A stretch of DNA of 64,000 nt from Gammaproteobacteria bacterium (lineage in GTDB: Bacteria > Pseudomonadota > Gammaproteobacteria > CBDBNL01 > JAAOII01), in NCBI GenBank assembly GCA_965209035.1, contig OZ242372.1, positions 832,001-896,000 on the forward strand, read 5' to 3'. The translations under genes and the position numbers were made by a program. Positions 41,067 to 52,746 of this stretch are shown piece after piece (positions within the stretch are counted from its first letter, which is position 1; each line of letters opens with the position of its first letter). The notes beneath the pieces are model-generated. The model was not told the DNA's origin, did no database searches, and was given only the letters and a program-made list of their open reading frames with translations.

Positions 41067-43058
41067 TTACGCCAAATCCTGCCAATGCTTGCGGATACGC
41101 TTTTCCAAGCCGGCGGCATCCAGCCCACAGGATGCCCGCATTTGAGATTGGGTGGCATGCGCGACAAACCGATCATCAATCCCCAGCATCAGAAGATCCG
41201 CGGAGGACCGAATGCCCGCCAAGTAGCCCGCCACAATACTGCCGGCACCGCCATTAATCACATTTTCTTCCACAGTAACCAGCCTGGTATGCCCGACAAG
41301 CAAGCGATCTATTAACTTGGTATCAAGCGGTTTCACCAGACACATATCCGCCAGAGTCCAATCGTATTTCTCCGCCAGTTTGCGCGCTTCGCTCATCGGC
41401 GCGCCAAACACCAGCAGAGCGGGCTTGTGCTTCTTGTCTTTTTTTCCTTCCCGCAAAATTGCGCCGCCGGTCACCGGCCGCTCATCGCGCATCAGCGCGA
41501 CACCTGTGGCGGCACCGCGCGGATACCGCACCGCGACGGGACCCGGCCCGGCCGGCCGCCCCGGCCCCGCCGCCCCGGCATCCCCGGCCGCCGCCTTATA
41601 GCCGCTTGTCAACATTCGGTAGGTCAAATTCTCATCGGAGGGCGTCATAATCGTCATATTGGGGATACACGCAAGATAACTTAAATCATAGGCACCGTTG
41701 TGTGTGGGCCCGTCCTCTCCCACCAGACCCGCCCGGTCAATCGCCAACAACACCGGCAGATTCTGCAAACAGATATCGTGAATCAACTGATCATAGCCGC
41801 GCTGTAAAAAAGTGGAGTAGATCGCCACCACAGGACGCATGCCGCCGCACGCCAAGCCGGCCGCCAGAGTCAGCGCATGCTGTTCGCATATGCCCACATC
41901 ATAGTATCTGTCGGGAAAGGAACGGGCGAACTCAACCAACCCGGAGCCCTCGCACATAGCCGGTGTAATCGCCACTAACCGCGGATCCTTCTCCGCCATA
42001 TCGCAGATCCAGCGGCCAAATACCTGCGAATAGGTCAGCGGTTTGGGGGCGCTCTTTTCACTCTTGGCAGCCTTTGTGTTCACCGGCACAATCTTCGTCA
42101 GCGCATGATAGCCAATAGGATCCTGTTCCGCCGGCGCATACCCCTTCCCCTTCCGGGTTTTGATATGCAGTAACTGCGGCCCCGAAGTTTCTTTAAGGCG
42201 TTCCAACACCTCCGTCAACTCCGGCAAGTTATGCCCGTCCAGTATCCCCGTATAGTTAAACCCCAAAGTTTCAAAAAAAGAACTCGGCGGCAAAAACAGA
42301 TGCTTAATTCCTTCTTCGGTCTGATGCATCAACTCATGGACAAACGGCAACCCCTTAAATCCTTCCTTGAAAAATTGCTTAAGTGTCATATAGGTTTTAC
42401 CGGCAATGAACTTGGAAAAAAATTGAGACAAGGCGCCGACATTGCCGGAAATAGACATCGCATTATCATTGAGGACCACCAACAGATCCGATTTCATCGC
42501 GCCGGCATGATTGAGCGCTTCAAAAGCCATGCCGGCCGTCATAGCACCGTCGCCTATGATCGCCACATGTCTTCGCTGCCGGTTTGAAAGATGAAATGCC
42601 GCTCTTTCCATTCCAAGCGCGGCACTGACAGAAGTGCTGGAATGCCCCGTCCCAAAGGTGTCATACTCGCTCTCCGTCCGACACGGGAAGGGCGCCAAAC
42701 CGTGCCGCTTCCTGATGCTCTCCATTTGCCCCCGCCGCCCGCAAAGAATCTTATGGGGATAGGTCTGATGGCCGACATCCCAAACCAGTTTATCCTCCGG
42801 CGTATCAAACACATAGTGCAATGCCACGGTCAATTCCACCACCCCGAGACCCGCGCCAAAATGGCCGCCGGTCTGCCCGACCGTCCAAAGCAAAAACAGA
42901 CGCAGTTCTTCGGCCAGGGTAACCAAACTTGTCCGGGGTAACCGGCGCAGATCCGCCGGCTTCGCGATGGCATCCAACAAAGGAGTGACCGGTCTTTCTG
43001 TCGGAATGAAAGTTGACACGGCGCGGGTTACGAAAGGTGCGGCCTGCGTCCGTGCCAT
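41067..43058 (-). CDS. dxs: 1-deoxy-D-xylulose-5-phosphate synthase (likely start GTG 43019)
   Basis: GGHFGAGLG, WDVGHQTYPHK, GDGAMTAG, LNDN, GICEQHA, YSTFLQR, GEDGPTH. Confidence 0.98.
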   Translation of the reverse strand: MARTQAAPFVTRAVSTFIPTERPVTPLLDAIAKPADLRRLPRTSLVTLAEELRLFLLWTVGQTGGHFGAGLGVVELTVALHYVFDTPEDKLVWDVGHQTYPHKILCGRRGQMESIRKRHGLAPFPCRTESEYDTFGTGHSSTSVSAALGMERAAFHLSNRQRRHVAIIGDGAMTAGMAFEALNHAGAMKSDLLVVLNDNAMSISGNVGALSQFFSKFIAGKTYMTLKQFFKEGFKGLPFVHELMHQTEEGIKHLFLPPSSFFETLGFNYTGILDGHNLPELTEVLERLKETSGPQLLHIKTRKGKGYAPAEQDPIGYHALTKIVPVNTKAAKSEKSAPKPLTYSQVFGRWICDMAEKDPRLVAITPAMCEGSGLVEFARSFPDRYYDVGICEQHALTLAAGLACGGMRPVVAIYSTFLQRGYDQLIHDICLQNLPVLLAIDRAGLVGEDGPTHNGAYDLSYLACIPNMTIMTPSDENLTYRMLTSGYKAAAGDAGAAGPGRPAGPGPVAVRYPRGAATGVALMRDERPVTGGAILREGKKDKKHKPALLVFGAPMSEARKLAEKYDWTLADMCLVKPLDTKLIDRLLVGHTRLVTVEENVINGGAGSIVAGYLAGIRSSADLLMLGIDDRFVAHATQSQMRASCGLDAAGLEKRIRKHWQDLA

Positions 43059-44796
43059 CTATGGGTCGCGCCAACTAACACGCCCGCGTTGCAAATCATA
43101 AGGACTGACTTCCACTTGCACACTGTCGCCGATAAGATGGCATCCAACAAAGGAGTGACCGGTCTTTCTGTCGGAATGAAAGTTGACACTGCGCGGGTTA
43201 CGAAAGGTGCGGCCTGCGTCCGTGCCATCTATGGGTCGCGCCAAGTAACACGACCGCGTTGCAAATCATAAGGACTGATCTCCGCTTGTGCACTGTCGCC
43301 GATAAGAATGCGAATGTCCTTCTTACGCATCTGCCGGGCAAGATGGAGATGGCAATAATCTCTCGTCCGTTCTCCAACCGAATGCGGAACATCGCTTTTA
43401 TTTTTACTGTTATAGAGGAGTTTATTAACAACCTTGCTCGTAACAAAAACAGACGCAGTTCTTTGGCCGGGGTAACCCAACTTGTCCGGGGTGGCCAAGG
43501 CAGTCGACGCAGATCCGCCGGCTTCGCGATGGCATCCGGCAAAGGAGTGACCGGTCTTTCTGCCGGAATGAAAGTTGACACGGCGCGGGTTACAAAAGAT
43601 GCAGCATGCGTCCGTGCCATCTATGGGTCGCGCCAAGTAATAGGGCCGCGTTGCAAATCATAAGGACTGACTTCCACTTGCACACTGTCGCCGATAAGAA
43701 TGCGAATGTCCTTCTTACGCATCTGCCGGGCAAGATGGAGATGGCAATAATCTCTCGCCCGTTCTCCAACCGAATACGAAACATCGCTTTTACTTTTACT
43801 GTTGTAGAGGAGTTTATTAACAACCTTGCCCGTAACAAAAACAGACGCAGTTCTTTGGCCGGGGTAACCCAACTTGTCCGGGGTGGCCAAGGTAGCCGAC
43901 GCAGATCCGCCGGTTTCTCTATGGCATCCGACAAAGGAGTGACCGGTCTTTCTGCCGGAATGAAAGTTGACACGGCGCGGGTTACGAAAGGTGCGGCGTT
44001 CGCCCGCACTTTCTACGGGTCGCGCCAAGTAACACGCCCGCGTTGCAAATCATAAGGACTGATCTCCGCTTGCACACTGCCTCCGATAAGAATGCGAATG
44101 TCCTTCTTACGCATCTGCCGGGCAAGATGGAGATGGCAATAATCTCTCGTCCGTTCTCCAACCGAATGCGAAACATCGCTTTTACTTTTACTGTTATAGA
44201 GGAGTTTATTAACAACCTTGCCCGTAACAAAAACAGACGCAGTTCTTCAGCCAGGGTAACCCAACTTGTCCGGGGTGGCCAAGGTAGCCGACGCAGATCC
44301 GCCGGTTTCGCGATGGCATCCAACAAAGGAGTGACCGGTCTTTCTGCCGGAATGAAAGTTGACACGGCGCGGGTTACGAAAGGTGCGGCGTTCGCCCGCA
44401 CTTTCTATGGGTCGCGCCAAGTAACACGCCCGCGTTGCAAATCATAAGGACTGATCTCCGCTTGCACACTGTCGCCGATAAGAATGCGAATGTCCTTCTT
44501 ACGCATCTGCCGGGCAAGATGGAGATGGCAATAATCTCTCGCCCGTTCTCCAACCGAATGCGAAACATCGCTTTTACTTTTACTGTTATAGAGGAGTTTA
44601 TTAACAACCTTGCCCGTAACAAAAACAGACGCAGTTCTTCAGCCAGGGTAACCCAACTTGTCCGGGGTGGCCAAGGTAGCCGACGCAGATCCGCCGGTTT
44701 CGCGATGGCATCCAACAAAGGAGTGACCGGTCTTTCTGTCGGAATGAAATTTGACACTGTGCGGGTTACAAAAGGTGCGGCGTTCGTCCGCGGCGT
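43059..44796. repeat. Tandem array (4 x 392 bp + 1 x 170 bp) of infA 3' part + dxs 5' start
   Basis: infA stop context recurs at 43059, 43229, 43621, 44013, 44405 and the real one at 44797. Confidence 0.95.
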
Positions 44797-45018
44797 TTAT
44801 TTGTCGCGATAAGTAATACGACCGCGTTGCAAATCATAAGGACTGACTTCCACTTGCACACTGTCGCCGATAAGAATGCGAATGTAGTTCTTACGCATCT
44901 TACCGGACAAGGTGGCAATGACCTCTCGCCCGTTCTCCAACCGAATGCGGAACATCGCATTGGGGAGTTTATTAACAACTTTGCCCGTAACTTGAATCAT
45001 TTCTTCTTTTTTTGGCAT
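44797..45018 (-). CDS. infA: Translation initiation factor IF-1
   Basis: [44 protein letters not shown]. Confidence 0.98.
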   Translation of the reverse strand: MPKKEEMIQVTGKVVNKLPNAMFRIRLENGREVIATLSGKMRKNYIRILIGDSVQVEVSPYDLQRGRITYRDK

Positions 45019-45031
45019 CAAACTATACGCA

Positions 45032-48000
45032 CTAAGCGGCGCGCACCTGTAAATTTTGCGTTAAATTATCTATACCCGCCGCCTTTGGTTTTACCAGCCA
45101 AAAGCGATTGATCCGATCATCAAAATTCAACAGAATCTCTTTACCGCACAGACTTCCGGTAGCCCGCACAAATGCATCCAACAGCCCCCGCAAATGATTG
45201 CGATACACTTCGGTTTCTTCATTCACAATTCTGTCTATCTCTATCAACTCGTCATTATACCGATCAATAAAACTTCTTTGCGGATCCCAAACATAGGCAA
45301 ACCCGCCGGTCATGCCCGCGCCAAAGTTCTTGCCGGTCTGCCCCAACACCGCCACAACGCCGCCCGTCATATACTCGCAGCAGTGGTCTCCCGCGCCTTC
45401 AATCACGGCGACCGCACCGGAATTGCGAACGGCAAAGCGTTGCCCCACAGTCCCGGCAATCATCACTTCGCCGCCGGTTGCCCCGTAAAGACAGGTATTC
45501 CCCGCCAGAGGAAGCGAGCGGGTATTCGGCGGCGGCGGCTTGATCACCACCCGGCCGCCGGCCATCCCCTTGCCGACATAATCGTTGGCAAACCCGCTAA
45601 GAGAAAGATTGAGGCCGCTGATATTCCAAGCGGCAAAACTTTGACCGGCGGTGCCGTCAAACTCCAAGCGAATCGGCGACTGCCCGATACCGGCGGGGCC
45701 GAACTTGCGCGCAATGTAACCGGAAAGCGCACCGCCGATGGTTCTGTCTCTGTTGGTAATGGCGTAATGCAGTTCCGCCGATTTTCCCGCAGCAATGGTC
45801 GGCCGCACTTCTTTGTCTATGCGCTCCGCCAGATCACCGCTGCGAAAAACCTTATTCCGCTTAACCCGGCAATAACGCGCCAAGCCGGTCCCCGGCTCCG
45901 CCAAAATAGGCGAAAGATCCAACTTTTGCATCTTCGCGCTTTGGGAAATTTTGTGTTCGGCAACTCGCAGCAAACTCTTGTGCCCGATCACCTCTTGCAT
46001 GGAACGATAGCCCAGTCCGGCAAGAACACTCCGCACCTCTTCGGCAACAAAATTGAAATAGTTCACAACCATATCCGCTTCGCCGACAAAGTGTTCGCGC
46101 CGCAGCCGGCTGTCCTGGGTCGCAACCCCCGTCGGACAGTTGTTTAAATGACACAAACGCAAGTACTTGCAACCCATCGCCACCATCGGCGCCGTGCCGA
46201 AACCAAAAGACTCGGCACCCAGGATCGCGGCTTTGATCACATCCGTGCCGCTCTTCAAACCGCCGTCCGTTTGTACCCGAACGCGCGAGCGCAACCCGTT
46301 TAATTGCAACGCCTGTTGTGTTTCGGTAAGACCGAGTTCCCAGGGAGTTCCCGCATAGCGAATAGAACCGAGCGGACTGGCGGCCGTGCCGCCGTCATAG
46401 CCGGAAATGGTAATTAAGTCCGCCCCGCTTTTGGCAACCCCCGCGGCGATCACCCCCACGCCAAAAGACGAGACCAGTTTAACAGAGACCAACGCCTTGT
46501 GATTCACCTCCTTGAGGTCATAAATTAACTGCGCCAGATCCTCAATAGAGTAAATATCGTGATGCGGCGGCGGTGAAATCAGCGTAACACCCTGCGCGGA
46601 ATGGCGCAAACGGGCAATCAACCGGTTCACCTTGCTGCCGGGCAACTGCCCGCCCTCGCCCGGCTTGGCTCCCTGGGCAACTTTGATTTGCAATACTTCG
46701 GCATTCACCAAATAGTGCGGCGTCACGCCGAATCGGCCGGAAGCGATTTGCTTAATCTTGGAATTCTTGGTTGTGCCAAAGCGCGCCGCATCCTCCCCGC
46801 CCTCGCCGGAATTGGACCTGCCGCCCAAACGGCTCATCGCCTCGGCAAGCGTCTCGTGCGCCTCGGGGGACAATGCCCCCAGGCTCATCGCCGCCGTATC
46901 AAACCGACGCAGAATATTCTCCCGCGGCTCAACCTCATCCAACGGCACGGGTTTTTGGTCCGAATGAAACTCCAACAGATCCCGCAAGTATGCGGGCGGT
47001 CGCTCGTTGATCAATCGCATATGCCGGGCATAATTCTTGGCGGCTGTTGCGGCCTCGTCGCGCACCAAAAGACGCAGGTTCTCCGTCAGTTCCGGATGAA
47101 ACGCATGATATTCGCCGCCGTGTACATACTTAATATGTCCGCCCGGTAAAACGGGCTTGTGCCGCACCCATGCCCGGCGCGCCCGTTTTCTGATATCCTC
47201 TTCAAAATCGGCAAAGCCGGCACCGCCAATCCGACTCGGAATACCGGGGAAACACAGATCCGGCACTTCCCGATGTAGCCCGATTGCTTCAAACAACTGA
47301 GCGCCGCGATAAGAAGAAAGCGTGGAAATTCCCATCTTGGAAAGGATCTTCAAAAGCCCCTTGTCTATGCCGCGCCGATAATTCTTATGGACGGACTGCG
47401 GGGAAGCAAATACCAAATTGCGCGCCACGCTGTCCTCCAACAAGGCATAAGCAAAATACGGATAAACCGCCGTAGCACCCACCCCAAACAAAACGGCAAA
47501 ATGGTGCGGTTCGCGTGCCATGGCCGTCTCCGCAATAATACTCGTATCGCAGCGCAGATGTTTTTTAACCAGATGTGTATGGACCGCGCCCGCCGCCATC
47601 GGCATCGGCACGGGAAACCGATTCACATCCGTCTTCCTGTCGGACAAAATTAAAATACTCGCCCCTTCCGCACGCACCGCGCGCTCCGCCGCGCGACAGA
47701 TTTCCGCGATCCCCGCCGCCAGAGAAGAACCCGCATCAAAAAGAGCCGGGATTTCAGCGACCCGCATACCGGCATCGTTCTTGCATAAAGCGGAAAATTT
47801 GTAAGGAGACAATAACGGCGAGGTCAGGACAATCCGCTCGGCACTCTCTTCGTTGTCTTCAAAGATGCTGACTTCTTTGCCGATCACCGTCTCCAAAGAC
47901 ATCACCAAACTTTCGCGAATGGGATCAATTGCCGGATTGGTCACCTGGGCAAAACTCTGTCGCAAGTAATCGGTTACAGAGCGCGGCCGCTGCGAAAGCA

Positions 48001-49501
48001 CCGCCATAGGCGTATCGTCTCCCATCGCGGCAACCGCCTCCTGCGCCCCTTCGCCCAAAGGACGCAACACATACTCGCGTTCTTCCTCGTAAAAATTAAA
48101 CAGTTTACAAAACATCTTTAGTCTTTCCGGCGGCATGTCCTCAAAAACATACTCCGGGCTGTCCAGGGTGGATTCCAACCGATGCGCGTTATCGCGCATC
48201 CATTCTTTATAAGGGCGACGGCGACTCAGATACGCATCTATTTCCTCGGTGCGCATCATCTTTCCTTTGTGCGTATCCGCCACAATCAATCCGCCCGGCT
48301 CCACCCGCCCTTTGTCCCGGATTTTGTCCGCGGCCACCTCCGCAACGCCCGTCTCCGAGGCAACCGTAAGAACCCCGTCGGTTCCCAGAATCCAGCGTGC
48401 CGGACGCAAGCCGTTGCGATCCAAGGCACAGACCACATATCTGCCGTCCGTCATCACCACGCCGGCGGGACCGTCCCAGGGTTCCATTTTGAGCGAATTG
48501 TACTCGTGAAAGGCGCGCACCTGCTGTTCCAAGGCATCGTCATTCTGCCAAGCCGGCGGTATGAGCATACGAATCGCGCGCAGCAACGGCATTCCGCCCA
48601 CCAGCAGCAACTCCAACATATTGTCCAGAGTCATAGAATCCGAGCCTTCCATATTGACCGGCTCCATATCGTCCGTCAAAAAACTCAGATGCTTGTTCTT
48701 AAATTTGGATATGCGCGCCCGCACCCAGTTCCGATTGCCGACAATGGTATTCACCTCGCCGTTATGCGCGATGTACTGATAAGGATGCGCCAGCCGCCAC
48801 TTGGGTGCCGTATTGGTTGCAAATCGCTGATGAAAGACCACAATCGCCGTTTTCATCAGCGGGTCCGAAATATCCGGGTAAAAATCGGTGAAGTCCGCGG
48901 AAAGCATAATACCCTTATAGGACAATACCTCGGACGACAAACTGCAAATATAAAAATTGTCGTCCCCCTTGTATTCCCGGCACATCTTCTGCTTGACACG
49001 ATAAAGAGAAGTCATCGTCCGCCTTTGTGTTTTGCCGGAAATGTTAATGAACGCCTGCCAGAAAGAAGGAGCCGTATCCCTTGCCATCTTCCCCAAGCAG
49101 GCCGGATTGGTCGGCACCTCGCGCCAACCCGCCAGTTGCAAGGCGGGCTCGGCTGCCAACAACTCGGCAAACTTTTCTCGCTGCTTAAGAGACGCCACCG
49201 GCTCCGGTGCCATGAAAAAACAACCCACCGCATAATGCTCACCCAACGCAATGTCCCGTTCCCGACACTTTTGAGCGACAAACTCCTCGGGCATCTTAAT
49301 GAGAATACCGCAGCCGTCGCCGGTCTTGCCGTCCGCATTCACGCCGGTGCGGTGTGACATTCGGTGAAGGGATCGCAGAGCCTGTTGCAACAGGTCATGG
49401 CTGGCATTCCCGTCCAATTGGGCAGTCAAACCGAAACCGCAGTTATCGCGAAAATCACCGGGACCGGCAAGTCCGCGGAATTCGTTAAATTGATGATGCA
49501 T
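45032..49501 (-). CDS. gltB: Glutamate synthase large subunit
   Basis: [57 protein letters not shown] domain. Confidence 0.98.
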   Translation of the reverse strand: MHHQFNEFRGLAGPGDFRDNCGFGLTAQLDGNASHDLLQQALRSLHRMSHRTGVNADGKTGDGCGILIKMPEEFVAQKCRERDIALGEHYAVGCFFMAPEPVASLKQREKFAELLAAEPALQLAGWREVPTNPACLGKMARDTAPSFWQAFINISGKTQRRTMTSLYRVKQKMCREYKGDDNFYICSLSSEVLSYKGIMLSADFTDFYPDISDPLMKTAIVVFHQRFATNTAPKWRLAHPYQYIAHNGEVNTIVGNRNWVRARISKFKNKHLSFLTDDMEPVNMEGSDSMTLDNMLELLLVGGMPLLRAIRMLIPPAWQNDDALEQQVRAFHEYNSLKMEPWDGPAGVVMTDGRYVVCALDRNGLRPARWILGTDGVLTVASETGVAEVAADKIRDKGRVEPGGLIVADTHKGKMMRTEEIDAYLSRRRPYKEWMRDNAHRLESTLDSPEYVFEDMPPERLKMFCKLFNFYEEEREYVLRPLGEGAQEAVAAMGDDTPMAVLSQRPRSVTDYLRQSFAQVTNPAIDPIRESLVMSLETVIGKEVSIFEDNEESAERIVLTSPLLSPYKFSALCKNDAGMRVAEIPALFDAGSSLAAGIAEICRAAERAVRAEGASILILSDRKTDVNRFPVPMPMAAGAVHTHLVKKHLRCDTSIIAETAMAREPHHFAVLFGVGATAVYPYFAYALLEDSVARNLVFASPQSVHKNYRRGIDKGLLKILSKMGISTLSSYRGAQLFEAIGLHREVPDLCFPGIPSRIGGAGFADFEEDIRKRARRAWVRHKPVLPGGHIKYVHGGEYHAFHPELTENLRLLVRDEAATAAKNYARHMRLINERPPAYLRDLLEFHSDQKPVPLDEVEPRENILRRFDTAAMSLGALSPEAHETLAEAMSRLGGRSNSGEGGEDAARFGTTKNSKIKQIASGRFGVTPHYLVNAEVLQIKVAQGAKPGEGGQLPGSKVNRLIARLRHSAQGVTLISPPPHHDIYSIEDLAQLIYDLKEVNHKALVSVKLVSSFGVGVIAAGVAKSGADLITISGYDGGTAASPLGSIRYAGTPWELGLTETQQALQLNGLRSRVRVQTDGGLKSGTDVIKAAILGAESFGFGTAPMVAMGCKYLRLCHLNNCPTGVATQDSRLRREHFVGEADMVVNYFNFVAEEVRSVLAGLGYRSMQEVIGHKSLLRVAEHKISQSAKMQKLDLSPILAEPGTGLARYCRVKRNKVFRSGDLAERIDKEVRPTIAAGKSAELHYAITNRDRTIGGALSGYIARKFGPAGIGQSPIRLEFDGTAGQSFAAWNISGLNLSLSGFANDYVGKGMAGGRVVIKPPPPNTRSLPLAGNTCLYGATGGEVMIAGTVGQRFAVRNSGAVAVIEGAGDHCCEYMTGGVVAVLGQTGKNFGAGMTGGFAYVWDPQRSFIDRYNDELIEIDRIVNEETEVYRNHLRGLLDAFVRATGSLCGKEILLNFDDRINRFWLVKPKAAGIDNLTQNLQVRAA

Positions 49502-49542
49502 TTGTTTTATTTTAACAGATTATGCCTTGGTTTTTCCTTTTG

Positions 49543-49923
49543 GAGGCAAGCAACCTTTAAAGGAGAGGGAAAGGCGAGGTAAAGAAACTTCCAAAGGAGG
49601 GGGAAGAAGCAAAAAAAGAAACTTCCAAAGGCGAGGAAACGACTCAAAACTTCCGCCCCGCCCCAATACGAACGAACAAACAGCGGCTTTTAACTAACCC
49701 AAGATGTTGTGCCCTTCTTTCTTAAGAGGCAAGCAACTTTTAAAGGAACTTCCAAAGAAGGGGGAAGGGTAGAGAAAGGGGCTTCCAAAGGAGGGGAAGA
49801 AGCAAAAAAAGAAACTTCCAAAGGAGGAGAAACGACTCAATTCAAAACTTCCGCCCCGCCCCAATACGAACGAACAAACAGCGGCTTTTAACTAACCCAA
49901 GATGTTGTGCCCTTCTTGCTTAA
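49543..49923. repeat. ~190-bp tandem duplication upstream of gltB with nested aacttccaaagg subrepeats
   Basis: gaggcaagcaac..caaaacttccgccccgccccaatacgaacgaacaaacagcggc..aactaacccaagatgttgtgcccttctt occurs twice. Confidence 0.9.
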
Positions 49924-49959
49924 ACCGACTAAACTCTTTTAAGTCGCTTTTTTGGATCC

Positions 49960-50083
49960 TTAACTTAAAACTGGCGTTGGAGCCTTGCGTCTCTTTCCAA
50001 TACGCCAAGCCCGCTCTGCCCAATGCCTGTCTGACTGAGTGCATTCCAATATGCCGGCAATGGTTGGTTGCCCGAGAACTGAA
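49960..50083 (-). pseudogene. Copy of the 3' end of the methyltransferase at 55645-55769
   Basis: taaaactggcgttgg..gcctgtctgac.gagtgcattc.aatatgccggcaatg.ttggttgcccgagaactgaa matches 5.7 kb away in direct orientation. Confidence 0.9.
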
Positions 50084-50190
50084 AATGAAGATGGTGCATC
50101 CTGTCTTGTCCTATCCTATATCAGCGATTGATTTTTTTAATGAATAAAGCGATTCCATACTGTTAATGATAAGACCGATTTCCAATGCGG

Positions 50191-50650
50191 TGTGTCGTTT
50201 CTCCCAATGCCGAGCTCTTGTTTTTTGTTGGTCTCGTTTCGCTCGATGCACGGATCTTGTTTTTTTGTTTGTCCGGTCTCACTCGATGCACGGCTCTTGT
50301 TTTTTTGTTGGTCTCATTTCGCTCGATGCACGGATCTTGTTTTCTTGTTTGTGTCGTTTCTCACGATGCCGGGCTCTTGTTTTTTATTGGTCTCATTTCG
50401 CTCGATGCACGGTTCTTGTTTGTCCGGTCTCGCTCGATGCACGGATCTTGTTTTTTTGTTTGTCCGGTCTCGCTCGATGCACGGATCTTGTTTTCTTGTT
50501 TGTCCGATCTCACTCGATGCACGGATCTTGTTTGTCCAGTCTCACTCGATGCACGGTTCTTGTTTGTCCGGTCTCACTCGATGCACGGTTCTTGTTTTTT
50601 GTTTGTGTCGTTTCTCCCGATTCCGGACTCTTGTTTCTTGTTTGTCTCAT
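50191..50650. repeat. Tandem array of 12 units of 31-40 bp, resembling the IS481 right end
   Basis: Consensus approx TGTCCGGTCTCGCTCGATGCACGGATCTTGTTTTTTTGTT; no unique spacers. Confidence 0.9.
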
Positions 50651-50712
50651 CTCGGCCGCCAGTGTTAGCGGCAATCTAATCCGGCCGCCCGGCTTCCTCT
50701 CTACTCGCCCTG

Positions 50713-52740
50713 CTACCTGCCTTGTGCCGAGAGGCCGCCCGGCACGCAATTCAGAGCCGGGTATTGGGAACTCGTTCCTAGATCCCACCGGCGAACGAAG
50801 CCGGGAGGCTGGGAAGGATTTTCTATTTCTTCGCCCGTATTCGGATCACACCAGAAGTTATCCCAGTCGGCATAGATATTGGCCAAACCATCCGCGCCGA
50901 CGGTAGTAAAATCGGTTGGCGATTGTAATTCCAGCGTGGTCTTACCCTCACCCAAATTACGGGCACTCGCAGACTGCCCGGTGGTTTCATTATCCCAATA
51001 GGAAGCAGTGACAGTGGTGGTACTATTGGCAACACCCAGCAAGCCGCCAACTTGAAGAACGCCACCTGAAATTTGCCCGCCGGCGGCATAAGAATAGCGG
51101 ATTTGACTGCCCGGCCCATTTCCTACCAGGCCGCCAACGCGAGCTCCCGCTAAGGAAGTGATACTTCCGCCGGACACATAAGCATTGCGAATATTGGACT
51201 GCTGACCATTCCCAGCCAGTCCGCCAAGAATTGACCCGCCGACAATACTTCCGCCGGACACACCGGCATTACTAATATTGGACTGCTGACCGTTCCCAAC
51301 CAGCCCACCAAGGGGATGGGGGACACCTACTCTCGGCACTAAACCATTTATGTCGGTTACACTGACAGAGCGCATATTAGACTGTTGAGCATTCCCAACC
51401 AGGCCGCCTAATAATGATAGGGTGGTCCCGGCGTTGTGGGGCAGGAGTCGCAGACTGACAGCCGTAACCGACAGATTCTCATAGCGGGCATTGTTGCCAT
51501 AGCCGACCATACCACCCCCATAGCCGAATATGCCACTGATGTTCACATTCAAGAGATGCAGATTTTGAAGATTGCCACTGAATGCACCAAACAAGCCCAC
51601 TCCGTCCGCCTTATCATTCACCGAGACAAACAGATCGGCAAGAGTGTGATTCCGACCATCAAAGATTGTCGTATAAGCGGTGCAATCATCCGTGCCAACA
51701 CAGGAGCCGATCGGTGTCCAACCGCCGCCAGTGCGATCCGTCCAAATAGCCCGGTTGCCGCTGCCCTCGCCATAAGAATCCGCATCGCTAAAATTCAACG
51801 CGCGAGTCAATTCGTAACCATTGCAGCCGCCGTTATCGGGACAGCCGGTATTTCCCATAGCGGTAATCCCGGCAATCGGCCGATCAGCCGTCCCATTGCC
51901 ATCCAGATCGACGCGCAGCCGCGCCAAGTCATCCAAAGTGTGAATTTCTATGAGACCGTTATCATCGTCATCCACATCCGCCGCCGTCGTCGCGTTTGCC
52001 TCATCCGGAAAACCATCATCGTCATCATCCAAGTCACAGGCATCGCCGCCATCGTTCGCTCCATCCGTGTTCGTCTGGCTTGGGTTGTGCACGAGTTGGC
52101 AGTTATCCAACGGCTGACCGTCGGGGCCGACATCGTTCACACCATCATTGTCATCGTCCAAATCCTCATCGCTATCCCGACAGCCGTCATTGTCATTATC
52201 CGTGTCTGTGTCGGAAGTCCAGCCCGTGTCGCCGCGCGCACAAGCATCCGCCAGATCCTCCAGGCCGTCATTGTCATCGTCCAGATCCTCGGGGCTGTCA
52301 TCGCGGCAACCGTCGCCGTCATGGTCCGTAGACGCATCGGAAGTCCAACTCGTATCGCCGCGCGCACAAGCATCCAATTGCGTGATCCCGTCGGCGGCAA
52401 AATCATTCACGCCATCATTGTCATCGTCATCATCACAGGCATCGCCGCCGTCGGTTGCATTCATATCCGTATTATTTTGATCCGCATTCGCTAACCGCGG
52501 ACAGTTATCCGCCGCATCCGCAATGCCGTCCCCATCCGTGTCTGCTTGACTACCGCCGCCGTCACCACCACTGCCACCATCGCCACCATTGCTACAACCG
52601 GCGAGCAGCACCGCCGACAGGGTGATTGTCAATAAGAGTCTTAATAACATTAATAACTTTGCGCCGCTGCGCGCCGTTTGTCCGGACGCGACGGTGAAGT
52701 TGCTACTGAGAGCGTGTCCTTTAAATGTGTGCATAATCAT
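50713..52740 (-). CDS. Surface lipoprotein with TSP3-like Ca-binding repeats and GLUG-like domain
   Basis: LLAGC lipobox, DTDGDGIADAADNCP, DACDDDDDNDG repeats, GLIEIHTLDDLARLR, GGLVGNG repeats, WDNFWCDPNTGEEIE. Confidence 0.88.
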   Translation of the reverse strand: MIMHTFKGHALSSNFTVASGQTARSGAKLLMLLRLLLTITLSAVLLAGCSNGGDGGSGGDGGGSQADTDGDGIADAADNCPRLANADQNNTDMNATDGGDACDDDDDNDGVNDFAADGITQLDACARGDTSWTSDASTDHDGDGCRDDSPEDLDDDNDGLEDLADACARGDTGWTSDTDTDNDNDGCRDSDEDLDDDNDGVNDVGPDGQPLDNCQLVHNPSQTNTDGANDGGDACDLDDDDDGFPDEANATTAADVDDDDNGLIEIHTLDDLARLRVDLDGNGTADRPIAGITAMGNTGCPDNGGCNGYELTRALNFSDADSYGEGSGNRAIWTDRTGGGWTPIGSCVGTDDCTAYTTIFDGRNHTLADLFVSVNDKADGVGLFGAFSGNLQNLHLLNVNISGIFGYGGGMVGYGNNARYENLSVTAVSLRLLPHNAGTTLSLLGGLVGNAQQSNMRSVSVTDINGLVPRVGVPHPLGGLVGNGQQSNISNAGVSGGSIVGGSILGGLAGNGQQSNIRNAYVSGGSITSLAGARVGGLVGNGPGSQIRYSYAAGGQISGGVLQVGGLLGVANSTTTVTASYWDNETTGQSASARNLGEGKTTLELQSPTDFTTVGADGLANIYADWDNFWCDPNTGEEIENPSQPPGFVRRWDLGTSSQYPALNCVPGGLSAQGR

Positions 52741-52746
52741 TATTTG

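Noticed and set aside
40064-44796. Diversity-generating retroelement template/variable repeats
   Set aside because: No reverse transcriptase in the window; differences include many indels and are not confined to adenines
43059-44978. Numerous 60-150 aa ORFs as real infA or dxs paralogs
   Set aside because: They are frameshifted chimeric fragments produced by the array
50191-50650. CRISPR array
   Set aside because: Units are contiguous variants with no unique spacers, and no cas genes are in the window. The stop-free plus-strand ORFs here are repeat artefacts.
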